A stretch of DNA of 32,173 bases from Octopus sinensis (lineage: Eukaryota). The stretch lies in NCBI RefSeq assembly GCF_006345805.1, contig NW_021832498.1, forward strand, positions 1-32,173, given 5' to 3'. A program made the translations under genes and the position numbers. A model generated the notes under the pieces. It saw nothing but the letters and a program-made list of their open reading frames with translations, did not search any database and was not told the origin of the DNA. Positions 1 to 9,033 of the stretch are shown here, piece after piece. How positions within the stretch are numbered: position 1 is the first letter of the stretch; every line of letters begins with the position of its first letter.

Positions 1-607
1 CCACCTTGGCTGCTACATTCCTGGCTGCTTTTTCACTTTTAAATTGCACTGTTATGGTTCCGTATTGTAATCCTTTTGTCATGTACACAATTTCCTCTCC
101 TGTCTGCTTGAGAGCCTCTTCAATTGCTTCCATGTTAATTACTTCCATCTTTTTCCCTCCATTCATAAAAACTTTATATTTAATGGTTCTACGATGGAAC
201 CAGTCTCCGCGCCCTACTGAGGGCAGCAGCTCAACCTCTCCGTTCTCGTTCTCTTTCACAAACTCCTGGAGGCCCGTCAACTTAGCCAGGTCTATCTCTC
301 TTTCCATTGACTTCTTCGTTACACCTGCGTAGGTGCCTTCCATCTTTTTCACCGCCAACTCCTCCTCAGATGTCGAAATTTCAGAGAAATTTCTCCCTTC
401 CATCTCCTCCGTTTGATGGAGGCGGCTCATAATCGCCTCAGACCGAAAAACGGCCTCCCGAACCGAAAAAGTTTAACGCGCTGAACGAGCGAAACGCGAA
501 ACCGCGTCAACGCCGTTCAGAGTTTCCACAACAACAACCACGCTTTTTTTTCTTTTTTACCGAATTTTCAGGAGCCGAAAAAAACACAACCGACGCCAAA
601 CGAAGTG
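1..607 (-). mobile_element. Unit A (5' part only) of the ORF1-only non-LTR-type element
   Basis: Aligns to the 5' portions of units B-D and is cut by the window edge. Confidence 0.85.
2..430 (-). CDS. N-terminal 143 codons of ORF1/Gag-like protein (MSRLHQTEEMEGRNFSEISTSEEELAVKKMEGTYAG...), open to the window edge
   Basis: Hand translation from the ATG at 430 is stop-free to position 2 and in frame with the ATG at 343. It is absent from the ORF track, probably because no stop lies in the window. Confidence 0.8.
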   Translation of the reverse strand, partial: MSRLHQTEEMEGRNFSEISTSEEELAVKKMEGTYAGVTKKSMEREIDLAKLTGLQEFVKENENGEVELLPSVGRGDWFHRRTIKYKVFMNGGKKMEVINMEAIEEALKQTGEEIVYMTKGLQYGTITVQFKSEKAARNVAAKV

Positions 608-619
608 CTAACGTTTCTG

Positions 620-2283
620 ATTTCTTTATTACCCACTAGGGGCTACATAGAGGGGACGTTACAAACATTGGGGACATGGAACATCACAATTACATATAAA
701 TGAGCAAAATGGAATATGAAAATGATATATGAGAGTGATACCGACGGCCCCATCCGCCAGCATCACTTATCTGTCCTTCTTCACCCAATTCCAATTAATA
801 TTCCCGTTTTTTCTATCACAACATTCGTTTTTCTTTTAGCCATCTCTATCCATTTCTCTTTCATTTCCACTGTCTTCCACCGCACACCCTCTTCCTCTAA
901 CCTTGTCGCCAATATACCCTTATCATCACTATCCACAGCCGTATAACTCCACTCTTCGTATTCGTACCACTTGGTTAACACCAGGTTTTTAACGTTTTGT
1001 ATGTCTTTCCCATGTACAACAAATAAAAAATGGGTCTTGGGACTTTCTTTGCTCTGTGTGTTTGTTTTGGATTTTCGTGTAGGCGGGGAGTGGGTGGAAT
1101 CACTGTTTGCCGGGGAGGGTTGGGACTCCAAGGGTATGGGTGGTGTCGGGGTGGGTTGGGGCTTCGCACAGTTTTTCTTTTTCCTTCTTTTTCTCTTTGT
1201 TCCCCCTTCTTTCCACTCTTGTTGCATCTCTTCTTCTGTCGTTTCCTTCTCTGTTTGTTTCTGTTTATTTTCTTCCTCTCCTGAGGCTTCCTCAACGCTT
1301 TCCTTTTCTTTTTCCTTTGGTGGGGGAGGGCAGTAGGCTCTTATGTGACCCCTTTGGCCACACTTGTAGCACCTGGGCGCCCTACCCTCCACCCACACTC
1401 TCATAATAATATTTCCAGTTTTTATGCTGTCCGTAATCCTCTCTATAACGTCCGCCTCCGTTTGAATGTTCATAACTAGTGTGGCACCTCTCACGCCTTC
1501 ATACTTCATAATGGCGTGGAGGATGTCCACTTTATCTTCATTTCCTTTTATTACCGCAGCCGTTATTACTTCGCCCTCTAGGTGTGGAGGTATTCCTTCC
1601 ACCCTAATTCTAGTTGTCCGCCTATTCAGATACGAGGGTAACAAGTAAAACTTTTCAGTACTCACCACCTTGGCTGCTACATTCCTGGCTGCTTTTTCAC
1701 TTTTAAATTGCACCGTTATGGTTCCGTATTGTAGTCCTTTTGTCATGTACACAATTTCCTCTCCTGTCTGCTTGAGAGCCTCTTCAATTGCTTCCATATT
1801 GATTACTTCCATCTTTCTCCCTCCATTCATAAAAACTTTATATTTAATGGTTCTACGATGGAACCAGTCTCCGCGCCCTACTGAGGGCAGCAGCTCAACC
1901 TCTCCGTTCTCGTTCTCCTTCACAAACTCCTGGAGGCCCGTCAACTTAGCCAGGTCTATCTCTCTTTCCATTGGCTTCTTCGTTACACCTGCGTAGGTGC
2001 CTTCCATCTTTTTCACACCAACTCAGATGCCAACCCTCCTCAGATGACGAAATTTCAGAGAAATTTCTCCCTTCCATCTCCTCCGTTTGATGGAGGCGGC
2101 TCATAATCGCCTCAGACCGAAAAACGGCCTCCCGAACCGAAAAAGTTCAACGCGCTGAACGAGCGAAACGCGAAACCGCGTCAACGCCGTTCAGAGTTTC
2201 CACAACAACAACCACGCTTTTTTTCTTTTTTACCGAATTTTCAGGAGCCGAAAAAAACACAACCGACGCCAAACGAAGTGGTG
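620..2283 (-). mobile_element. Unit B, full-length ORF1-only element (~1.66 kb)
   Basis: CpG-rich 5' UTR (~2105-2283), one long ORF, 161-nt 3' UTR ending ...GGGTAATAAAGAAAT. No ORF2. Confidence 0.85.
781..2007 (-). CDS. ORF1/Gag-like nucleic-acid-binding protein, 408 aa from the ATG at 2007: RRM-like core, CCHC zinc knuckle, K/E-rich and P/S/T-rich linker with KRKRRKKK, ~88-aa C-terminal domain
   Basis: Long ORF in the track (781-2016 from GTG). CYKCGQRGHIRAYC (1330-1371) is an exact CX2CX4HX4C preceded by RVWVEGRAPR, a context typical of L1/Tx1-clade ORF1 and ZCCHC3-like proteins. The ancestral N-terminus (ATG 2104) is frameshifted by a net 10-bp insertion. Confidence 0.85.
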   Translation of the reverse strand: MEGTYAGVTKKPMEREIDLAKLTGLQEFVKENENGEVELLPSVGRGDWFHRRTIKYKVFMNGGRKMEVINMEAIEEALKQTGEEIVYMTKGLQYGTITVQFKSEKAARNVAAKVVSTEKFYLLPSYLNRRTTRIRVEGIPPHLEGEVITAAVIKGNEDKVDILHAIMKYEGVRGATLVMNIQTEADVIERITDSIKTGNIIMRVWVEGRAPRCYKCGQRGHIRAYCPPPPKEKEKESVEEASGEEENKQKQTEKETTEEEMQQEWKEGGTKRKRRKKKNCAKPQPTPTPPIPLESQPSPANSDSTHSPPTRKSKTNTQSKESPKTHFLFVVHGKDIQNVKNLVLTKWYEYEEWSYTAVDSDDKGILATRLEEEGVRWKTVEMKEKWIEMAKRKTNVVIEKTGILIGIG

Positions 2284-2292
2284 ACGTTTCTG

Positions 2293-3952
2293 ATTTCTTT
2301 ATTACCCACTAGGGGCTACATAGAGGGGACGTTACAAACATTGGGGACATGGAACATCACAATTACATATAAATGAGCAAAATGGAATATGAAAATGATA
2401 TATGAGAGTGATACCGACGGCCCCATCCGCCAGCATCACTTATCTGTCCTTCTTCACCCAATTCCAATTAATATTCCCGTTTTTTCTATCACAACATTCG
2501 TTTTACTTTTAGCCATCTCTATCCATTTCTCTTTCATTTCCACTGTCTTCCACCGCACACCCTCTTCCTCTAACCTTGTCTCCAATATACCCTTATCATC
2601 ACTATCCACAGCCGTATAACTCCACTCTTCGTATTCGTACCACTTGGTCAACACCAGGTTTTTAACGTTTTTAACGTTTTGTATGTCTTTCTCATGTACA
2701 ACAAATAAAAAATGGGTCTTGGGACTTTCTTTGCTCTGTGTGTTTGTTTTGAATTTTCGTGTAGGCGGGGAGTGGGTGGAATCACTGTTTGCCGGGGAGG
2801 GTCGGGACTCCAAGGGTATGGGTGGTGTCGGGGTGGGTTGGGGCTTCGCACAGTTTTTCTTTTTCTTTTTTCTTTTTCTCTTTGTTCCCCCCTCCTTCCA
2901 CTCTTGTTGCATCTCTTCCTCTGTCGTTTCCTTCTCTGTCTGTTTATTTTCTTCCTCTCCTGAGGCTTCCTCAACGCTTTCCTTTTCTTTTTCCTTTGGT
3001 GGGGGAGGGCAGTAGGCTCTTATGTGACCCCTTTGGCCACACTTGTAGCACCTGGGCGCCCTACCCTCCACCCACACTCTCATAATAATGTTTCCAGTTT
3101 TTATGCTGTCCGTAATCCTCTCTATAACGTCCGCCTCCGTTTGAATGTTCATAACTAGTGTGGCACCTCTCACGCCTTCATACTTCATAATGGCGTGGAG
3201 GATGTCCACTTTATCTTCATTCCTTTTATTACCGCAGCCGTTATTACTTCGCCCTCTAGGTGTGGAGGTATTCCTTCCACCCTAATTCTAGTTGTCCGCC
3301 TATTCAGATACGAGGGTAACAAGTAAAACTTTTCAGTACTCACCACCTTGGCTGCTACATTCCTGGCTGCTTTTTCACTTTTAAATTGCACCGTTATGGT
3401 TCCGTATTGTAGTCCTTTTGTCATGTACACAATTTCCTCTCCTGTCTGCTTGAGAGCCTCTTCAATTGCTTCCATATTGATTACTTCCATCTTTCTCCCT
3501 CCATTCATAAAAACTTTATATTTAATGGTTCTACGATGGAACCAGTCTCCGCGCGCCCTACTGAGGGCAGCAGCTCAACCTCTCCGTTCTCGTTCTCCTT
3601 CACAAACTCCTGGAGGCCCGTCAACTTAGCCAGGTCTATCTCTCTTTCCATTGCTTCTTCGTTACACCTGCGTAGGTGCCTTCCATCTTTTTCACCGCCA
3701 ACTCCTCCTCAGATGACGAAATTTCAGAGAAATTTCTCCCTCCATCTCCTCCGTTTGATGGAGGCGGCTCATAATCGCCCTCAGACCGAAAAACGGCCTC
3801 CCGAACCGAAAAAGTTCAACGCGCTGAACGAGCGAAACGCGAAACCGCGTCAACGCCGTTCAGAGTTTCCACAACAACAACCACGCTTTTTTTCTTTTTT
3901 ACCGAATTTTCAGGAGCCGAAAAAAACACAACCGACGCCAAACGAAGTGGTG
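2293..3952 (-). mobile_element. Unit C, full-length ORF1-only element
   Basis: Aligns end to end with unit B. Confidence 0.85.
2454..3772 (-). pseudogene. Frameshifted ORF1 copy in unit C
   Basis: Versus units A/B: -1 near 3740, -1 near 3653, +2 near 3551, -1 near 3220, plus in-frame indels (9-bp KNV duplication near 2660). Some single-base indels could be assembly errors. Confidence 0.8.
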
Positions 3953-3961
3953 ACGTTTCTG

Positions 3962-5643
3962 ATTTCTTTATTTACCCACTAGGGGCCACATAGAGGGGAC
4001 GTTACAAACATTGGGGACATGGAACATCACAATTACATATATATGAGCAAAATGGAATATGAAAATGATATATGAGAGTGATACCGACGGCCCCATCCGC
4101 CAGCATCACTTATCTGTCCTTCTTCACCCATTTTCAATTAGCATTCCATTCTTTCCTATCACAACATTCGTTTTTCTTTCAGCCATCTCTATCCATTCCT
4201 CTTTCATTTCCACTGACTTCCACCGCACACCCTCTTCCTCTAACCTTGTCGCCAATATACCCGTATCATCACTATCCACAGCCGTATAACTCCAATCTTC
4301 GTGTTCGTACCACTTGGTCAACACCTGCTTTTTAACGTTTTGTATGTCTTTCCCATGTATAACACATAAAAAATGGGTCTGGGGACTTTCTTTGCTTTGT
4401 GTGTTTGTTTTGGATTTTCTTGTAGGAGGGGAGTGGGTGGAATCACTGTTTGCCGGGGAGGGTTGGGACTCCAAGGGTATGGGTGGTGTCGGGGTGGGTT
4501 GGGGCTTCGCACAGTTTTTCTTTTTCCTTCTTTTTCTCTTTGTTCCCCCTTCTTTCCACTCTTGTTGCATCTCTTCTTCTGTCGTTTCCTTCTCTGTTTG
4601 TTTCTGTTTATTTCTCTTCCTCTCTGGGGCTTCCTCAACGCTTTCCTTCTTTTTTTCTTTTTCCTTTGGTGGGGGAGGGCAGTAGGCTCTTATGTGACCC
4701 CTTTGGCCACACTTGTAGCACCTGGGCGCCCTACCCTCCACCCACACTTCATAATAATATTTCCAGTTTTTATGCTGTCCGTAATCCTCTCTATAACATC
4801 CGCCTCCGTTTGAATGTTCATAACTAGTGTGGCACCTCTCACGCCTTCATACTTCATAATGGCGTGGAGGATGTCCACTTTATCTTCGTTTCCTTTTATA
4901 ACCGCAGCCGTTATTAATTCGCCCTCTAGGTGTGGAGGTATTCCTTCCACCCTAATTCTAGTTGTCCGCCTATTCAGATACGAGGGTAACAAGTAAAACT
5001 TTTCAGTACTCACCACCTTGGCTGCTACATTCCTGGCTGCTTTTTCACTTTTAAATTGCACCGTTATGGTTCCGTATTGTAATCCTTTTGTCATGTACAC
5101 AATTTCCTCTCCTGTCTGCTTGAGAGCCTCTTCAATTGCTTCCATGTTAATTACTTCCATCTTTCTCCCTCCATTCATAAAAACTTTATATTTAATGGTT
5201 CTACGATGGAACCAGTCTTCCGCGCGCTCTCCTGACTGAGGCAGCAGCTCCACCTCTCTCCGTTTTCGTCCTCCTTCACAACTCCTGGAGGCCCGTCAAC
5301 TTAGCCAGGTCTGTCTATCTCTCTTTCCATTGACTTCTTCGTTACACCTGCGTAGGTGCCTTCCATCTTTTTCACCGCCAACTCCTCCTCAGATGACGAT
5401 ACTTCCGTCGAAATTTCAGAGAAATTTCTCCCTTCCATCTCCTCCGTTTGATGGAGGCGGCTCATAATCGCCTCAGACCGAAAAACGGCCTCCCGAACCG
5501 AAAAAGTTTAACGCGCTGAACGAGCGAAACGCGAAACCGCGTCAACGCCGTTCAGAGTTTCCACAACAACAACCACGCTTTTTTTCTTTTTTACCGAATT
5601 TTCAGGAGCCGAAAAAAACACAACCGACGTCAACGAAGTGGTG
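3962..5643 (-). mobile_element. Unit D, full-length ORF1-only element (5'-most, outer end of the array)
   Basis: Aligns end to end with unit B; homology ends at about 5643-5652. Confidence 0.85.
4124..5465 (-). pseudogene. Frameshifted ORF1 copy in unit D
   Basis: -1 indel near 4748 splits ORFs 4124-4747 and 4690-5253; several indels at 5218-5320; in-frame 12-bp insertion near 5400. Confidence 0.8.
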
Positions 5644-5666
5644 CCGTTTCTGCCAGCTCGCTGTCT
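5644..5666 (-). other. Remnant of a tRNA-derived SINE head (A-box region), presumed insertion target at the outer array end
   Basis: Minus strand reads AGACAGCGAGCTGGCAGAAACGG. TGGCAGAA matches the head of the degenerate SINE at 19761, and AGAAACG matches the junction spacers and 32111-32125. Confidence 0.6.
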
Positions 5667-6207
5667 TCGTGAAGCTATAAACAGTAGCAGGTAAATATCC
5701 GGTTGAAAAACGCTTTGAGATAAAAAGTTGGAGGCTCCCGTAGACAAGAGAGTCGTTCTAAAGTTGGACCAAAGCATTTCCGTCCATTTTCAAAGCTTTA
5801 TTCTTACCGGCGAGAATTGTTTGTTGTTGATGTCATAGGAATTTATAAACTTTTGAGAAAACGTGAAATAATTATTTGTTTTTGAACAATGGATCTCGAA
5901 GCACGTAAAGCAATAAATACGTGTTTCGAGTCCCACTGTTCCAGAAAGAATTGTTTTATGATCTCTCGAGAGTTTATACATTTTTATGACGTCAACGTGA
6001 GAATTATTTTCGCTTTCACTTTTAGCGAATAGGAAAACTAGTGCTCACGAATCTTTATAGAGGCTCCGAAACTGGAACGCTCATGGGATAGAGCAAGGTG
6101 TCCTTAATTTGGGGACTTGGGCCGAATGCTTGCAACAGAGCGGATCTTGCTAAAGGTACCCAAGGACCAGGGGATGTTAAACAGAGCGACGGATTCAATC
6201 TAGTAAA

Positions 6208-6300
6208 TTCTTCTTCTTCTTCTTCTTTTTCTTCTTCTTCTTCTTCTTCTTCTTCTTCTTCTTCTTCTTCTTCTTCTTCTTCTTCTTCTTCTTCTTCTTC
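6208..6300. repeat. (TTC)n microsatellite, ~31 units
   Basis: Direct reading. Confidence 0.97.
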
Positions 6301-6315
6301 TTTATATGTGTGTGT

Positions 6316-6716
6316 CTCTCTTTTTATCTCTTTTATCTCTTTTACTTGTTTCACTCATTTGACTGTGGCCATGCTGGAGCACCGCCTTTAGTCGAGCAAA
6401 TCGACCCCAGGACTTATTCTTTGGAAGCCTAGTACTTATTCTATCGGTCTCTTTTTATCGAACCGCTAAGTTACAGGGACGTAAACACACCAGTATCGGT
6501 TGTCAAATGATGTAGGGGGACGGGACAAACACAGACATACAAACATATATACACATATATATACGACGGGCTTCTTTCAGTTTCCCTCTACCAAATCTAC
6601 TCTCAAGGTTTTGGTCGGCTCGTGGCTATAGGAGAAGACACTTCCCAAGGTGCCATGCAGTGGGAATGAACCCGGAACCATGTGGTTCGTAAGCAAGCTA
6701 CTTACTATACAGCCAC
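6316..6716 (-). mobile_element. tRNA-derived SINE, family S1 (CORE-like CCTTGGGAAGTG motif, internal microsatellite, (GAGATAAAA)n-type tail)
   Basis: Homologous to copies at 14790, 15606, 27545, 28440 and 31190; B-box-like GGTTCATTCC on the minus strand. Confidence 0.85.
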
Positions 6717-7706
6717 AGAACTATGTGTATGTGTATATTATAAATATATATATATGTTCTTTTGTATTTTTAATTATTTGAAGTCTTCCTGTAAGGAAGG
6801 AGCTAGTTTCTAACAAAAATACAAGCCTCCGTGTTTGGAACGCAGATAAAAAAATTATGTCATATTTTGAACTTAAGAAAGCTCTTGCATATTTTTACTG
6901 TTTCACTCGCAAACTGTAATCATAATGTACGTGTTAGCTGGTTGATTTCTGTTTCTGAAAACTCTATCTTTTCCAGACTGTCACTTAGGTATTTACTAAC
7001 AAAACCAATTAGACATGTTATTATTGGTAAAAATGTGAATTCATAGTTGAATATAGAATATCTCTGGAATATTCCCTTTGAAATATTTACAACATCACAG
7101 ACAATCGTTTCGCTTTCAGTCGTATGAGTTAGGATTGAGGAAGTAGAAGCAGTAGTTATCGTTTATGATTTTCTGTGTAGATCCAGGTCGGTCGCATTTC
7201 GTGTAGGTCTATAATCGAATTTATCAAATGTTAACTTGGTATAATTACTACCACGAATGTTAGTTTTAAGTCTGAGTTCTCAGTTCAATTAGTTCTATTA
7301 CTTTACTTAAAAATCCAGAATCAATTCTACATAGATACCTTACATTCAGTAAAAAAAAATCCTATGGTTACACGAGTTGGTCATGCGACATAGTACATAT
7401 CATTCGCAGTAGTGTGATGTTTAAAATGTTGTTCGGAGAAACAGAAGGAATTAACTGGGGAAGATTTTTAATGCATTACGAATGAGATGATTAACTAATA
7501 TTAAATAATTTGTATGCGGCCATGTTACTTGAGATATATCCCAAAACATGCGTAAGTATCTAAAGGTTTTCTTTTACACAATATTTACACGCTATTATCA
7601 ATAGCTTTATCTACTTCGAGTTCCATCGTTTAAAAAAACAATCATTTCGCGTCTCCCGAATTTGCTAAATTCTTATGACGCTAAACAACACGCACACAAT
7701 AAATGA

Positions 7707-7747
<41 letters not shown>

Positions 7748-8404
7748 TGCATATGTGAATGCGTGTGCACACCCCTATATATATTCTTTTCTAAGTGACC
7801 GCAACCGAGATGCATTTCATCTTACAGTTCCAGGAATTTATATCTTCCTTAGCTTCGGTAAATTCTTGACTCTGTGTCTCTCCTAATAATATCTTTGGAA
7901 TTGTCATAATACATGCTAAACAGCAGATTCATTCCCCACTACATGTCTCCAATTAAGTTTTTAAAAATTTAGATTTTGGGGTTGTACTAGGTGCTTTTTT
8001 TGACAGGAAATACCAATCACACTATTGGTTACAGTTTTTATTAATTAGAGATGCAATATTAATTGATTAATAATACCTTTTGGTTAACAACATTAAATAT
8101 GTTAACGCTATATACCTATATGCACTGATATATAAATCCAATTAGGTATACACGTATTTTTTCTTTGTAGATACGTGTATCTCTAGTTAGCTAAATGAAT
8201 CTAAAGATATGAATGCAAAGATCTATGAGATATACGTCATCATATATACTCACGTGTGAGTATACATGTGATCTATATGAGAAATTAAGTCGCCATCTTA
8301 AATCCTTTATATACGATAGTACTGAAATCTCAATGAACACAAACGTTCATTCTGACATGCGACTAAGTTAGACAACTACATTGCATTCCTTTCACAAAAT
8401 TTGT

Positions 8405-8467
<63 letters not shown>

Positions 8468-8485
8468 CACACACACACATATATA

Positions 8486-8536
<51 letters not shown>

Positions 8537-8859
8537 TACATTTATACTACAGAAAATGTATATTTCCTTTTATGAATGCTTATGTATACATATATATATA
8601 TATATCATATATATATATATATATCGGTAATTGTTGGACTTTGAATACATGGTTGGTCATATGCCGTTTAAACCACTTTCAACGTTTAGGCTACCTGATG
8701 TCAACCATTTTCGGTTTCCCCTCATTCATTATAAACTCTTACTTTCTTTCTCTCCCTCCCCCTCCCTCCCTCCACTCTCTCTCTCTCTCTCTCTGTATAT
8801 ATATATATATATATATAACAATAATAATTCTCTGAGCGAGATATAAACAGTAACTGTTC

Positions 8860-8996
8860 TATAACATAAGGGGGATCAGCCATCTGAATGTGGCTAGGGA
8901 CAGGGCGGGGTGTGGTGGGTGGGCTAAATGCATCAGTAACACACCCACCACCCCGCCCTGTCCCTAGCCACATTCAGATGGCTGATCCCCTTATGT

Positions 8997-9000
<4 letters not shown>
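8860..9000. repeat. 141-bp near-perfect inverted repeat (MITE-like or hairpin)
   Basis: Arms 8860-8921 and 8942-9000 are reverse complements apart from a 1-bp and a 2-bp indel; 20-nt loop; TA-rich ends. Confidence 0.9.
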
Positions 9001-9029
<29 letters not shown>

Positions 9030-9033
9030 TACA

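Larger units (their letters stand above)
1..5652 (-). repeat. Head-to-tail tandem array of ~1.67-kb ORF1-only retroelement-like units (3 complete, 1 partial at the window edge)
   Basis: The 3' tail ATTTCTTTATT(T)ACCCACTAGGGGC(T/C)ACATAGAGGGGAC recurs at 620, 2293 and 3962; the equivalent outer boundary is 5653. Periods are 1673, 1669 and 1691 bp, and the units align closely by eye. Confidence 0.97.

Noticed and set aside
781-2016. Calling the ORF an LTR-retrotransposon gag or the host gene ZCCHC3
   Set aside because: No LTRs, PBS, PPT or pol, and no orthology evidence. Only the domain pattern resembles ZCCHC3, so no gene symbol is given.
6-5239. Plus-strand and alternative-frame ORFs over the array (e.g. 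6-332, 716-946, 971-1336, 1670-1996, 3536-3982)
   Set aside because: They are shadows of the purine-rich minus-strand ORF; substitutions are synonymous in the minus-strand frame.
1-5652. Telomeric (HeT-A-like) role for the array
   Set aside because: No telomeric repeats or chromosome-end evidence in the window; the comparison is architectural only.
5895-5930. 13-bp stem hairpin CTCGAAGCACGTA/TACGTGTTTCGAG
   Set aside because: Short and isolated, with no Helitron-type CTRR end or other context; plausibly chance.
6055-6391. Poly-Glu and poly-Ser ORFs
   Set aside because: Produced by the (TTC)n tract and flanking SINE.
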